The position numbers were made by a program, and so were the translations under genes. Positions 21,497-32,714 of a DNA stretch of 58,662 nt are shown here, one piece after another. This DNA comes from Prevotella sp. (lineage in GTDB: Bacteria > Bacteroidota > Bacteroidia > Bacteroidales > Dysgonomonadaceae), in NCBI GenBank assembly GCA_031273295.1, contig JAISSD010000147.1, positions 1 through 58,662 on the forward strand, given 5' to 3'. The first letter of the stretch is position 1; every line of letters begins with the position of its first letter. The notes beneath the pieces are model-generated. The model did not search any database and had not been told where the DNA came from. It worked only from the letters and a program-made list of their open reading frames with translations.

Positions 21497-22100
21497 AAAC
21501 TTTTTCAAACATATATTCGATTTTATAGTTGCGTTGACAGGATTCATAATCTTATCTCCACTATTGCTATTTATCACATTGTTATTGACAGCAGTAAATA
21601 ATGGAAAACCTTTTTTCTTTCAGCAACGACCGGGCAAGAATAATAAGATATTCAAAGTTATCAAATTTAAAACAATGAATGATAAGAAAGATTCTAAAGG
21701 GAACTTCCTGCCTGATGCTGACAGATTAACATCCATTGGTAAATTTATAAGAAAGACTTCACTGGATGAAATTCCCCAGTTGATAAATGTCATAAAAGGA
21801 GATATGGGCTTAATAGGGCCGCGTCCATTATTGGTGGAATATCTTCCCTTATATAATAAAGAGCAGATTAGAAGGCATGAAGTTCGTCCCGGTATAACAG
21901 GGTGGGCACAGGTAAATGGCCGTAATGCCATCTCTTGGCAAGAAAAATTTGAACTGGATGTATGGTATGTTGATCATATATCTTTATTTTTCGATATTAA
22001 AATACTGTCACTTACTGCATTAAAAGTTTTTAAATCAGAAGGCGTAAATTCCGGTACGAACGCCACTATGGAAAAATTTGGAGGAAATAAAAAAGTATGA
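21489..22100 (+). CDS. Monotopic phosphoglycosyl transferase (PglC-like initiating sugar transferase)
   Basis: [34 protein letters not shown]. Confidence 0.92.
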   Translation: MYKNFFKHIFDFIVALTGFIILSPLLLFITLLLTAVNNGKPFFFQQRPGKNNKIFKVIKFKTMNDKKDSKGNFLPDADRLTSIGKFIRKTSLDEIPQLINVIKGDMGLIGPRPLLVEYLPLYNKEQIRRHEVRPGITGWAQVNGRNAISWQEKFELDVWYVDHISLFFDIKILSLTALKVFKSEGVNSGTNATMEKFGGNKKV

Positions 22101-22699
22101 AGAAAGTATATCTATTTGGAGCAGGAGGGCATGCCAAAGTCATTTTAGACATTCTTCAATCAAATAATATTATTGTTGAAGAGCTATTTGATGATGATCG
22201 TGCGATTAAGAATTTCATGGGTATTCCCGTGTCGCAGGAAATAAAATCGCCTATGATAATCAGTATAGGGAATAATTCTATAAGAAAGAAGATTGCAGCT
22301 AAATTTTCTGATAATATATATCATAAAGCAATGTCCAAGACTGCAATAATATCTGATAATGTGCTGATTGGCGATGGCAGTGTTGTGATGCAAGGCGCTA
22401 TTATACAATCATCTTCTCAAATAGGCAATCATGTAATTATAAATACCGCTGCGACAGTAGATCACGATTGCACCATACATGATTTTGTACACATAGCTCC
22501 GGGAGTAAATCTCTGCGGGGAAGTAATGGTTGGCGAAGGAACTTTAATCGGTGCGGGTTCGACTGTTATTCAAGGAATTAAAATAGGGAAATGGTGCGAA
22601 ATCGGAGCAGGCTCGGTAGTTATAAAAGATGTTCCGGATAATGCTGTTGTTGCAGGCGTTCCCGCAAAAATATTAAAATATAAAGAGGCTAAACCATGA
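22097..22699 (+). CDS. PglD/NeuD-like N-acetyltransferase
   Basis: [13 protein letters not shown], hexapeptide repeats, GVPAK. Confidence 0.88.
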   Translation: MKKVYLFGAGGHAKVILDILQSNNIIVEELFDDDRAIKNFMGIPVSQEIKSPMIISIGNNSIRKKIAAKFSDNIYHKAMSKTAIISDNVLIGDGSVVMQGAIIQSSSQIGNHVIINTAATVDHDCTIHDFVHIAPGVNLCGEVMVGEGTLIGAGSTVIQGIKIGKWCEIGAGSVVIKDVPDNAVVAGVPAKILKYKEAKP

Positions 22700-23829
22700 A
22701 CAGTCGCATCCATCTCTCGCTGGCTCACATGGGCGGACAAGAGCAAAAATTTATACAGGAAGCATTCGATACCAACTGGGTTGTACCTATGGGGCCTAAT
22801 GTTGATGCATTTGAACGGGAGCTGGCAGAGTTTCTCAGCGGTGATGTATATGTTGCCGCATTAAGCGCCGGTACAGCCGCATTGCATCTAGCCCTGATCA
22901 TCACAGGCGTGGAAGCGGGAGATGAAGTTCTTTGCCAGAGCTTTACTTTTTCGGCTTCTGCAAACCCTATTGTTTATCAGGGAGCAACTCCGGTTTTCAT
23001 TGATAGCGAAAAAGACACATGGAACATGTCGCCCGAACATTTGGAAAGGGCCATAAAAGACAGATTATCAAAAGGGAAGAAACCGAAGGCGATAATACCC
23101 GTCCATTTGTATGGCATGCCTGTAAAGATGGATGAGATTCGGGAAATATCCGTGAAGTACGGGATTCCCGTTGTTGAAGACGCCGCGGAAGCGTTAGGTT
23201 CGAAATATAAAAATCGGCATTGCGGAACCTTTGGCGAAATGGCAGTTCTTTCATTTAACGGAAACAAAATAATAACGACGTCCGGAGGCGGCGCTCTCGT
23301 TTCCCGTAATGAAGAGTATACTGTGAAATCCCGTTTCCTGGCAACACAGGCCAGAGATGCGGCTCCTCACTATCAACACACCCATATAGGATATAATTAC
23401 AGGATGAGCAATGTGGTGGCGGGAATAGGCAGGGGGCAAATGCTGGTATTGCCGGAACGGATAGAGCAAAGAAGAGCAAACAACCGGTTTTACAGGGAAC
23501 AGTTGAAAGAAATTGATGGCATAAGTTTTCAGACGGAACCGTCTATCGATTATTTTTCCAATTATTGGTTGACCTCCATATTGATAGATCCGGAAAAAAC
23601 AAACGGGAAAACCAGAGAAGATCTGTATTCGGCTCTGAACGGGCTGAATATCGAGTCCCGGCCTCTTTGGAAGCCGATGCACCTGCAACCGGTTTTCAAA
23701 GATCATCCTTTTTACGGAGACGGAACGAGCGAATCATTATTTAAAAACGGCCTGTGTTTGCCATCGGGAACAGGGTTGACCGTAAACGATCTGCAAAGAG
23801 TTGCGGATGCCGCAAAATTCACATTATAA
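22696..23829 (+). CDS. DegT/DnrJ/EryC1/StrS aminotransferase (PglE-like)
   Basis: GTAALHLAL, EDAAEALG, SFNGNKIITTSGGG, GYNYRMSN. Confidence 0.92.
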   Translation: MNSRIHLSLAHMGGQEQKFIQEAFDTNWVVPMGPNVDAFERELAEFLSGDVYVAALSAGTAALHLALIITGVEAGDEVLCQSFTFSASANPIVYQGATPVFIDSEKDTWNMSPEHLERAIKDRLSKGKKPKAIIPVHLYGMPVKMDEIREISVKYGIPVVEDAAEALGSKYKNRHCGTFGEMAVLSFNGNKIITTSGGGALVSRNEEYTVKSRFLATQARDAAPHYQHTHIGYNYRMSNVVAGIGRGQMLVLPERIEQRRANNRFYREQLKEIDGISFQTEPSIDYFSNYWLTSILIDPEKTNGKTREDLYSALNGLNIESRPLWKPMHLQPVFKDHPFYGDGTSESLFKNGLCLPSGTGLTVNDLQRVADAAKFTL

Positions 23830-23837
23830 CAAATCTC

Positions 23838-25847
23838 ATGATAAAACAAACCGCACACAAAATATATAAAAAGTTTCTTGAAAACCGGTTGTTGAGCAGA
23901 TGGTTCGTCTTGTTGATAGATACGGGAATAATCGTTTCGGCAACGGCGATTTCTTATCTGTTGACATTGCAGATATACAGGAACATACAGGCTGTCAGCC
24001 ATCCTGTGTTTTTAAAATATCTGGCTATTACGGTTTTTTTTAATTTATTTTCCTTCCGCTTATTCAAAACATACAGGAGGATCATCCGTTATTCTTCTAT
24101 TTATGAGTTTCAGAGGATATTATGTTCGTTGTCTTTAACCTGTCTTTTGATTTTTATTTCGTTATATGAATTGCTGGGTTCATCGGGCAGCGTGTCCATG
24201 GCATATTGCAGTACATTGTTTTTGGTTTCACTGATTGGCCTTTATGTATTTCGCATCGTTGTTGTATACACTTATCAAATGCTGACGCGGAAGTTCAGGG
24301 ATAATCCGCCGACGCCGGTTTTTGTATGGGGATTAAATGAAGAAAACATAGTAATGGCTCAACTGACAAATACCGGCCAGAGTAAATTCAAGATTATCGG
24401 GTTTCTCACAACAGAGCCGGAGCCGAGGTTGAAAAAATTCGCCGAATTACCGGTCATCATTATTCAAAAAACGGCGGATTTCAATAAATACAGAGTCAAG
24501 GATATTCTGTTCACAAAAGAAAGCGATTTGAAAGCCGACGCCGCTTACGTCGAGCAGATGCTGAGCGTGAATGCCCGCATATATGTAACCAGATACGTGA
24601 ATGTGAATGAACCGGAACAGCTGTCTGACAAAAGCCACATTCGTCCGGTTCAGATAGAAGACTTGCTTGGACGTCCCGAAATAAATATAAGTCTGGATGT
24701 TATTGCCGAAAATATCAAAGACAAAACAATTCTGGTAACCGGCGCGGCGGGATCGATAGGCAGCGAAATAGTGAAACAGCTGGCGAAATTTTCGCCGGAA
24801 TCGATTATCTGTCTGGATCAGGCGGAAACGCCGTTGAATGATCTTGACATGGAATTGAAGAAAATGTATCCCGGTCAAAATTGCATTTCAATAATTGGAG
24901 ATATACGCAACCGGGCCAAACTGGTCGGGATTTTCGGAGAATACAAACCCGATATTGTTTACCATGCCGCCGCGTACAAGCATGTACCGCTGATGGAGAA
25001 ATATCCGTGTGAAGCCATAGTCACAAATGTTTTGGGCACAAAACTGCTGGTGGATCTGGCGATTGATCATGCTGTGGAAACATTTGTCATGGTATCGACG
25101 GACAAGGCCGTAAATCCGACGAATATAATGGGGGCGACAAAACGCGTAGCCGAGATATATGTGCAAAGTTGCGCGGCCGATTTACAAAAAAACAAATCGA
25201 ACACGAAATTTGTGACCACCCGCTTTGGAAACGTGCTGGGCAGTAACGGATCTGTAATTCCCTTGTTTAGAAAGCAGATAGACAAAGGAGGCCCGGTCAC
25301 GGTGACGCACAGGGAAATCATACGCTATTTTATGACAATACCCGAAGCCTGCCGCCTTGTACTGGAAGCGTCCGTTATAGGAAAATCAGGTTATATTTAT
25401 GTTTTTGATATGGGAATGCCTGTCAGGATATATGATCTGGCGAAGAGGATGATAGAACTGGCAGGCCTGGCGCCCGAGGTGGATATTGCCATAGAATTTT
25501 CGGGATTAAGGCCTGGCGAGAAGTTGTATGAAGAATTATTGAACGATTCGGAGATCACGGAACAAACTTCACATGAGAAAATAATGATGGCGAAAGTCAG
25601 GGAATATCGTCTGACGGATGTTTTGCCTCAAATAGAATCCATAATTTCTGCCGCTGAAAATGGCGACAGGTATGGAGCTGTTTCGAATATGAAGAGGCTG
25701 GCGCCTGAATTTATCAGCAACAATTCCGAATTTGAGATTCTGGACGGGCATAAAACCGGTTCTGCAAACAAGGGATCGTTACCGGTCGCGGCCGGAAGAT
25801 TGCAAGTGGCGCAGAGCGACTTGCAACCTGATCTCTGCAATCCGTAA
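23838..25847 (+). CDS. UDP-GlcNAc 4,6-dehydratase (PglF/CapD-like)
   Basis: N-terminal TMs, TGAAGSIGSE, HAAAYKHVP, STDKAVNP, RFGNVLGS, RPGEKLYEE. Confidence 0.92.
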   Translation: MIKQTAHKIYKKFLENRLLSRWFVLLIDTGIIVSATAISYLLTLQIYRNIQAVSHPVFLKYLAITVFFNLFSFRLFKTYRRIIRYSSIYEFQRILCSLSLTCLLIFISLYELLGSSGSVSMAYCSTLFLVSLIGLYVFRIVVVYTYQMLTRKFRDNPPTPVFVWGLNEENIVMAQLTNTGQSKFKIIGFLTTEPEPRLKKFAELPVIIIQKTADFNKYRVKDILFTKESDLKADAAYVEQMLSVNARIYVTRYVNVNEPEQLSDKSHIRPVQIEDLLGRPEINISLDVIAENIKDKTILVTGAAGSIGSEIVKQLAKFSPESIICLDQAETPLNDLDMELKKMYPGQNCISIIGDIRNRAKLVGIFGEYKPDIVYHAAAYKHVPLMEKYPCEAIVTNVLGTKLLVDLAIDHAVETFVMVSTDKAVNPTNIMGATKRVAEIYVQSCAADLQKNKSNTKFVTTRFGNVLGSNGSVIPLFRKQIDKGGPVTVTHREIIRYFMTIPEACRLVLEASVIGKSGYIYVFDMGMPVRIYDLAKRMIELAGLAPEVDIAIEFSGLRPGEKLYEELLNDSEITEQTSHEKIMMAKVREYRLTDVLPQIESIISAAENGDRYGAVSNMKRLAPEFISNNSEFEILDGHKTGSANKGSLPVAAGRLQVAQSDLQPDLCNP

Positions 25848-25966
25848 ACAAATTACCGCATACCAGGAATCTGTTTAAATCGCAATACTGCATTACCGAG
25901 GCAGTGAACAATTCTCCTCTAGCTTCATTGGGGGTTACTCGCATTAAAGACCTCCAGCTGGATTCA

Positions 25967-26033
25967 TTAACACAAAGAACACAAAGCGTATCACAAAGGG
26001 CGCAAAGCATTTCTTTTGCATCCTTTGCGTTAA
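25967..26033 (+). repeat. Single TTAA-bounded ACACAAAG/ACGCAAAG palindromic element
   Basis: TTAACACAAAGAAC...ATCCTTTGCGTTAA; close to the reverse complement of the core of the 42.1-43.0 kb repeat unit. Confidence 0.8.
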
Positions 26034-26374
26034 AAACCGCCTGCGGTGATATTTTTTGAACGAAGTTTTGAAAGTCAATGCCCAAAATTCAATCATCCCG
26101 ACATATACTGTTATAAATTCAAAACTCCTGACTTGGCACAGAATAAACTGTCGCATTTTTACAGTGCTTGAATGTCCAATATATTTATACAAAGCATATT
26201 GCGATATTAAATCTGTCAAAATCGCGACGATATTAGTTCGGGGTATTGTTTTTATAAATCGTTCATTAAAAGCAATTAAAACTTTACCGCGTCAGGAGTT
26301 CTGAAATTGTTTATTTCTTATGCCTTAAAACAAGTTCGGATTTTATTTTTTCTCCCGGATATTTCTTTTGTAAA

Positions 26375-26406
26375 TGAAATAGTGTTATATTTGCAACATT
26401 GTTTCA
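26375..26406 (+). promoter_or_regulatory. Bacteroidetes -7 promoter element overlapped by a palindromic, probably Zur/Fur-type operator
   Basis: TGAAATAGTGTT-ATATTTGC-AACATTGTTTCA (10/12 inverted match); TATATTTG fits TAnnTTTG; TGCAACATTGTTTCA is itself near-palindromic. Confidence 0.6.
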
Positions 26407-26424
26407 TTTAATATTTATACCATA

Positions 26425-26832
26425 ATGGATGCCGAACAGATATTAAAACGCCATAACCTGAAGAATACAGGTTGCCGTAAGTTTATAATCGGCGAGTTAC
26501 TCGACGGGGATTGCGCATTGTCGGAGAGCGAGATCAAAAAAGCCTTGCCGGATTTGTTTGACCGGGTCACATTTTACCGTTCGTTGAAGACATTGGAGGA
26601 GAACAGCATAATCCATCGTGTCGTTCTACACGATTCTACGGTTAAGTACGCGTTGAACAGGGAGGTTTTGCCGAAGGGGGAACATGCCCATTTTCATTGT
26701 ATGGAATGCGATGCGGTAACTTGCATGGAAACAGGGGCGTTGGCGCCGGTTGCCATTCCTCAAGGATTTTCCGTGGATTCGATGGATGTGTTGCTTGAAG
26801 GCACATGCCCCGGGTGCAAAAGGCAAGGTTAA
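26425..26832 (+). CDS. Fur-family regulator (Zur-like)
   Basis: DRVTFYRSL, HAHFHCMEC, GTCPGC. Confidence 0.88.
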   Translation: MDAEQILKRHNLKNTGCRKFIIGELLDGDCALSESEIKKALPDLFDRVTFYRSLKTLEENSIIHRVVLHDSTVKYALNREVLPKGEHAHFHCMECDAVTCMETGALAPVAIPQGFSVDSMDVLLEGTCPGCKRQG

Positions 26833-26901
26833 TGATCGGGACGCTGCGTTGTCAGGAAATCAAAAATATTTATTCACAAACAAAATAGTTGGACGACCTA
26901 T

Positions 26902-29340
26902 ATGAAAAAGATTTTATTTGTACTTTTTTTCTCTGTTGTTTATCTTCAACTTGCGGCCCAACCGGCTTGCGCGATATCGGGAAAAGTGACTGACCGGAAT
27001 ACGGGCGCTCCCATAGCGGGAGTTGCCGTTTCCATAATGAATACCTCACTGGGAGAACTAACCGACAGCGCCGGTTTTTTCAGTTTTTGTCATTTAAACG
27101 CTAAAGAATATGCGCTTTTTGTAAATTATGCGGGGTATGAGACTGATACTGTACATGTGACATTGCATAATGATACGGTTTTGAATATTCGCTTGAAACC
27201 TTTGTCTGTGGAATTGGAGGAGGTGGAGGTTTCCGCCGAATCAAGGACGTTTTCGGGAACAGGAATTGTAAAGGCTATAAATTACGATAATCCGTCCACC
27301 TCGTTCAATAAAATGCTGGGCGTTTTGCCGGGCGTAACTACCATGAATATAGGCGGAAGCATTTCAAAACCTGTGATAAGGGGGCTGAGCGCCAACAGGG
27401 TAGCGGTATTGAACAGAGGTATAAGCCAGCAGAACCAACAGTGGGGAGCCGACCACGGTATAGACATAAATCAGTTGGATATGCACAATGCATCCGTATA
27501 TAAAGGGCCGAATACTTTATTGCTTGGATCCGGAACTGCGGCGGCGATAGATATTCAACCGTATGGATTTGAAAACGAGGACTATTTCAAAGGAGAAGCG
27601 CAACTGTGGGGAGCCTCGAATAACGGGTTATTCGGAGCGGGAGCTACAGCCAGGCTGCAAAAAGACAAATGGTTTTTCCAGGGAACGTATGATTATAAAG
27701 ATTACGCGGACTACAGGTTGCCGGCCGGTAATGTCGATTATGAATCACAGGAAATAGCTTTGCCTGATAAACGTTTGCCAAATTCGGCAGGGAAAGAGTA
27801 TTCGCTTTCGGGAACAATCGGATTCAGAGAGGGAAACGTTACTTCCTATATGAATGTCAGCGACAATTATCAGAAAACGGGGCTTTTTGAATTGTCCGAA
27901 GAACATTCCGGACACGAAGACGGGCATGACGAAGAAGAAGATCATGACGAAGAAGAAGATCATGATCATGACCACGATCACGATATGGATAATTCACACG
28001 GGAATACCGGTTTGCCGTATGCTGCCGCGAATCATTTTTCCATTACAAATAATACCGGATGGAAAACTTCTTCGTTTCGCCTGTCTGTGAATACAGGTTA
28101 TCAATATAACCATCGTCGCGAGTACGAGCATTTTCACGAGCATTATGAAGGGCAGGCGGAACCTGTTGCAGATGATGATATTGCCGTGGATTTCAAGCTG
28201 AAAACATATTCGTCCGATGCCCGGCTCTATCTGGACGAAGGCAAAAAGTGGGCGAAAATAATAGGGGCAAGCGTGGAATATCAGCAAAACAGGGTAGGAG
28301 GGTTTGAATATTTCCTTCCCGAATACAACCGGATCTCGGGAGGGGCGTCTTTTGTAAATACATTCATGTTTACAGGGGAATGGCAGCTTTCTGCGGGTGT
28401 GAGATATGATTTCGGAAAAATGGATATCACAGGCTTTTATGATAATGCTTTGGCAGTCTATCTGGAGGATCAGGGGTTTGAGCCGGCTGTAGTGAAACAA
28501 TATGCGCAACGCGCCTATGACGTCGACCGTAATTTTGGTAACTGGTCGGCCAGTGTAGGATTTGAGTATCATCCCGAGTCGAACAGTAACCTGAGATATG
28601 CTGCGAATCTGGCCAAGTCTTTCCGTTTTCCTTCTGCGAACGAACTTGCCGCCAACGGCGTACATCATGCCGCGTTCCGTTACGAAACAGGCAATCCGGA
28701 TCTGAAAGCAGAGAATGGCTATACATTGGATTTGAGTATAAATTATGACAACAGGCCCGGTTTATCCCTCGAATTCAGTCCTTTTATAAATTATTACTCC
28801 AATTTTATTTTTTTACAGTCTGCAGACGAAACTCCGGTATCGTTGTATGATGAAAAGCCTTATCACTACTCGCAGGCCAAGGCTGTATCCGGCGGCGGGG
28901 AGTATAAAGCCGCGTGGCTGTTGCTGAACCGGATTGAGTTGTCGACAATGGGAAGCCTTGTGCTGAACAAGAACCTGGACGATCATAACCCGTTGCCGTT
29001 TACCCCGCCGTTCACGATGACTAACGGAATAAAATATTTAAAAAACACGGAAAAGAAGACAGGGTTGACATATTATCAGTTATCTGTTTCACATCAGTGG
29101 TATGCAAGGCAAAGCAGGGTTGGTTCCGATGAAAAGGAAACCCCGGGCGCAAACTTGTTCCATGCAGGCGCAGGATTTGATTATCGGTTTACCCCCAAGT
29201 TCGCGATAAACTTTAATTTGCAGGTGCAGAACATGTTTAATACCCGTTACCTGAATCACATGAGCTTGTACAGGCGGCTGAACATACCGGAACCGGGGAG
29301 GAACATACAAGTGTTTTTACGCATTCCGTTCAACGGTTAA
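26902..29340 (+). CDS. TonB-dependent receptor with His/Asp/Glu-rich loop, probable Zn/Ni/Co uptake
   Basis: Signal peptide, carboxypeptidase-like N-domain, KPVIRGL, QQWGADHG, EEHSGHEDGHDEEEDHDEEEDHDHDHDHD, C-terminal EPGRNIQVFLRIPF. Confidence 0.9.
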   Translation: MKKILFVLFFSVVYLQLAAQPACAISGKVTDRNTGAPIAGVAVSIMNTSLGELTDSAGFFSFCHLNAKEYALFVNYAGYETDTVHVTLHNDTVLNIRLKPLSVELEEVEVSAESRTFSGTGIVKAINYDNPSTSFNKMLGVLPGVTTMNIGGSISKPVIRGLSANRVAVLNRGISQQNQQWGADHGIDINQLDMHNASVYKGPNTLLLGSGTAAAIDIQPYGFENEDYFKGEAQLWGASNNGLFGAGATARLQKDKWFFQGTYDYKDYADYRLPAGNVDYESQEIALPDKRLPNSAGKEYSLSGTIGFREGNVTSYMNVSDNYQKTGLFELSEEHSGHEDGHDEEEDHDEEEDHDHDHDHDMDNSHGNTGLPYAAANHFSITNNTGWKTSSFRLSVNTGYQYNHRREYEHFHEHYEGQAEPVADDDIAVDFKLKTYSSDARLYLDEGKKWAKIIGASVEYQQNRVGGFEYFLPEYNRISGGASFVNTFMFTGEWQLSAGVRYDFGKMDITGFYDNALAVYLEDQGFEPAVVKQYAQRAYDVDRNFGNWSASVGFEYHPESNSNLRYAANLAKSFRFPSANELAANGVHHAAFRYETGNPDLKAENGYTLDLSINYDNRPGLSLEFSPFINYYSNFIFLQSADETPVSLYDEKPYHYSQAKAVSGGGEYKAAWLLLNRIELSTMGSLVLNKNLDDHNPLPFTPPFTMTNGIKYLKNTEKKTGLTYYQLSVSHQWYARQSRVGSDEKETPGANLFHAGAGFDYRFTPKFAINFNLQVQNMFNTRYLNHMSLYRRLNIPEPGRNIQVFLRIPFNG

Positions 29341-29440
29341 GATGATGCCGGAATGTCAATAAACTAAAAAAATCGTGGCTTGTAACCTGTAACTCGCAAC
29401 TTTATCGTATTTTCGCAGCTGTAAATTTATACAATCTGCA

Positions 29441-30028
29441 ATGAGAAGCTTTTGTTTGTTTATTGTTTCGTTTATTCTGTTGTCAGGCTTCTATTTTTCG
29501 TCATGCGCGAAGGTTGAGGACGACGAAAGGGAGTCGCCGTCAATGTCGGACGTCAGGATAAATATAAACGATACGCTGAGATATGATAAATTGACGCTAA
29601 GGATAAACGATAGTTTGAATGCTAATCCGGATAGAATGGATACGGTAGTTTCCGCCAAATGGATGTATATATCCGCCCGGTTTAGGGATAACGAGGCTCT
29701 GTCTACTTTTAAAGTTGAAATATTTCCGGAATACAAGGATAAAAGAGGCCGTGCGGATATTAAGGATTCTGTAATGGCTGTTGTAAAGCCGGGTCAAATG
29801 ATATTCAATGCAAGGGATACAGTGGTGTACAGGAACAGGCTTGCACAGATACCCGATACAATAACCCGGACTCATAAAGACGGCGTTGTGGATACTCTGG
29901 CTTTAATTCAAGGAATTTACAACATGAAAATCGCAGTTATCGATAAAGCCGGAAATGGAGATTCCATAATGAATTATAAAGTTGTGTTACTAAACCGGAA
30001 ATCATTGTACGATGCAAGAGTAAAATAA
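29441..30028 (+). CDS. Lipoprotein of unknown function (possibly DUF4625-like Ig fold)
   Basis: Lipobox FSSC; DNEALSTFKVEI and AVIDKAGN motifs; follows the TonB receptor. Confidence 0.6.
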   Translation: MRSFCLFIVSFILLSGFYFSSCAKVEDDERESPSMSDVRININDTLRYDKLTLRINDSLNANPDRMDTVVSAKWMYISARFRDNEALSTFKVEIFPEYKDKRGRADIKDSVMAVVKPGQMIFNARDTVVYRNRLAQIPDTITRTHKDGVVDTLALIQGIYNMKIAVIDKAGNGDSIMNYKVVLLNRKSLYDARVK

Positions 30029-30049
30029 TAATTGTACTTTAAATAATTG

Positions 30050-30083
30050 AAAGCATGATTCCTGTTGCGGATCATGCTTTTTT
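30050..30083 (+). terminator. Intrinsic terminator
   Basis: AAAGCATGAT...ATCATGCTTT stem followed by a T-run. Confidence 0.75.
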
Positions 30084-30845
30084 ATGCTTCAGTTTCCGGC
30101 TTGTATCTTGCAATTCCTTTAACCGCGTCTTCAGACTTCAGTTACAAGCGAGGGCTTAAAACTTGATAACCGGCAATTGTAGAAGCGAAAGCGAGTCAAG
30201 CCTGACGCATTTTTCATTCATTCATTCATTTACGGTATTGTACCGAATAATGCTGTCTTTTATGTGTCGTTCCATGCGGGCATAGCCGTCAGGTTAAGGA
30301 CGATAATACTCTGTGGCCAGGCCTAAGCCCCTGTCTGACACTTGTTATAACTGTCCTTTCGGGACGTAATTGCCGGGAAAGATAAATAATGGCAGCAGGA
30401 GAGCGGATTGTCGATTTTGAAGCGGTTGCTTTTAAACCGCTATTAACCGGCTAAACCAAAAAAGCCAGTCGGTTAATGTGATTAACAAATAATAAATAAT
30501 TGGTTTTTGCCAGATTAATTTCTTTTACTATCTTTGTACCGGTTTGTAGCAAAAGTTGTTTTGCATATCTCCGGTTCTATACTGGAAATGTTTTATAGCT
30601 TGAATAAACCGGAAGGTGTATTTATTTGAAACATAACGGATTATAAAAATAAGTTCAACTCCACCGGAAACTTGGGAACCAACGGACTTTTAGACTTTAT
30701 GGTAATAATCGCTTTGTTTTGTATTATTATCTTCTAAAAAATCAAGATCCATAAATTTATAATAGTATTTAAATTGCCGTAAGGCTATTCCTTAATTATT
30801 TTTTGAAATACAAACAAAATCAATATAATTTTAATATAGATATAC

Positions 30846-32714
30846 ATGCGTATATATAACATTCTTGAGCTTAACGAAAAGCTCACCATAGAACTAAGAA
30901 CTATCGCTAAAGAACTTGGAATCCGACGCCCTGACGCTTATAAAAAAGACGAACTTATCTATAAAATACTGGATGAGCAAGCTATCACGGAAGCCAAAAA
31001 TAAAAATTCGGAGAGTTACCAGAGTGAAGACAGGATAGAGCAACAGCAAAAAAAATCGCAAGTTGTTGCCAAAGAGAGGCAAAAAGTCCGGAATCAAACT
31101 CCAAAACAACAAATGACTCCTGCTCCTGCAACGGAAAAAATAACGGTTCAACCGAAAAAAGAGGAACTTCCAAAAGCCAAACCTCAGGAAGAGGTAAAAG
31201 AAGAATCCAGGCCGGATCTGGCGAAAATTCCTGTTGTGGAGAAAAAAGAAGCTCAGGCTCCTGTTATGGCTATGGAAAAAGCTCCGCAAAAGGAGATCTT
31301 GGTTAAAAGGAATAATACGGATCCCAAAGAAAACAGGCCGGAAACGGAGGCCAGGCCTCAGCAGCCGGCTGTGAAGCCTACGCAACTGGTCTTTCGTTCA
31401 AACAAGGTGAGAGAAGAAGAACCGCAGGAGCCTGTTCCCGGATTGCCTTTGCTTTCTCCGTTGGAAGTGGATTCGGAAGTTGCTCCCATTGAAATAATAA
31501 TGCCTGAAATACCTGCAAAACAGACGGCAAAACAGTCACAGCAACCTCAAAACCAGAAACAGAATAATCAATCGCAAGACAATAAACAATTCGATTTTGA
31601 AGGCATACTGAGTGCAACCGGGGTACTTGAAATTATGCAGGAAGGTTACGGATTTTTGCGCTCGTCCGATTATAATTACATGTCGTCGCCAGACGATGTG
31701 TATATCTCTCAATCGCAAATTCGTCTGTTTGGACTGAAAACAGGCGATATTGTAGAAGGACCCATCCGTCCGCCAAAAGAATCGGAAAAATTCTTTCCGC
31801 TGGTGAAAGTCGACAGAATCAATGGCCGGACGCCGGACGAAGTCCGTGACCGGGTACCGTTCGACCATCTGAAACCTCTTTTCCCGGATGAAAAATTCAA
31901 ACTGACCAAGGGGCGCAACGATAATTTATCATGCCGTGTAGTCGATTTATTCTCGCCAATAGGAAAAGGGCAGCGCGGGCTTATCGTTGCTCAACCGAAA
32001 ACAGGAAAGACCACATTATTGAAAGACATAGCGAATGCCATCGCCGCCAATCACCCCGAAGTATATATGATAGTGCTTCTCATCGACGAACGCCCCGAGG
32101 AGGTAACCGATATGGAACGCAGCGTAAACGCAGAAGTGATTGCATCTACGTTCGACGAACCGGCCGACCGTCATGTGAAGATAGCCGAAATAGTGCTGAG
32201 CAAAGCGAAACGCATGGTCGAATGCGGGCACGACGTGGTCATATTGCTAGACTCCATTACGCGTCTGGCTCGCGCCTATAATACGGTACAGCCGGCATCG
32301 GGTAAGGTTTTGACCGGAGGGGTGGATGCGAATGCATTGCATAAGCCAAAACGTTTCTTCGGCGCCGCCCGAAATATAGAAAACGGAGGTTCGCTGACCA
32401 TCATAGCTACAGCATTGACCGACACGGGTTCCAAGATGGACGACGTTATCTTCGAAGAATTTAAGGGCACAGGTAATATGGAACTTCAACTCGACCGTAA
32501 ACTATCCAATAAACGCATCTTCCCTGCCGTGGATATCATTGCATCCAGTACGCGCCGCGACGACTTGTTGCTTGATAACGACACGCTTAGCCGTATGTGG
32601 GTTTTGCGTAATTTCTTGTCGGATATGAATTCGGTGGAAGCAATGCAGTTCCTTGAAAACAGATTGAGAAAGACAATAAACAATGGGGAGTTCCTTATTT
32701 CGATGAACGATTAG
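30846..32714 (+). CDS. rho: Transcription termination factor Rho with long Q/K/P-rich N-terminal insertion
   Basis: [50 protein letters not shown]. Confidence 0.97.
   Translation: MRIYNILELNEKLTIELRTIAKELGIRRPDAYKKDELIYKILDEQAITEAKNKNSESYQSEDRIEQQQKKSQVVAKERQKVRNQTPKQQMTPAPATEKITVQPKKEELPKAKPQEEVKEESRPDLAKIPVVEKKEAQAPVMAMEKAPQKEILVKRNNTDPKENRPETEARPQQPAVKPTQLVFRSNKVREEEPQEPVPGLPLLSPLEVDSEVAPIEIIMPEIPAKQTAKQSQQPQNQKQNNQSQDNKQFDFEGILSATGVLEIMQEGYGFLRSSDYNYMSSPDDVYISQSQIRLFGLKTGDIVEGPIRPPKESEKFFPLVKVDRINGRTPDEVRDRVPFDHLKPLFPDEKFKLTKGRNDNLSCRVVDLFSPIGKGQRGLIVAQPKTGKTTLLKDIANAIAANHPEVYMIVLLIDERPEEVTDMERSVNAEVIASTFDEPADRHVKIAEIVLSKAKRMVECGHDVVILLDSITRLARAYNTVQPASGKVLTGGVDANALHKPKRFFGAARNIENGGSLTIIATALTDTGSKMDDVIFEEFKGTGNMELQLDRKLSNKRIFPAVDIIASSTRRDDLLLDNDTLSRMWVLRNFLSDMNSVEAMQFLENRLRKTINNGEFLISMND

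Noticed and set aside
31000-31590. Unusual low-complexity insertion in Rho
   Set aside because: Long N-terminal insertions are a known feature of Bacteroidetes Rho.
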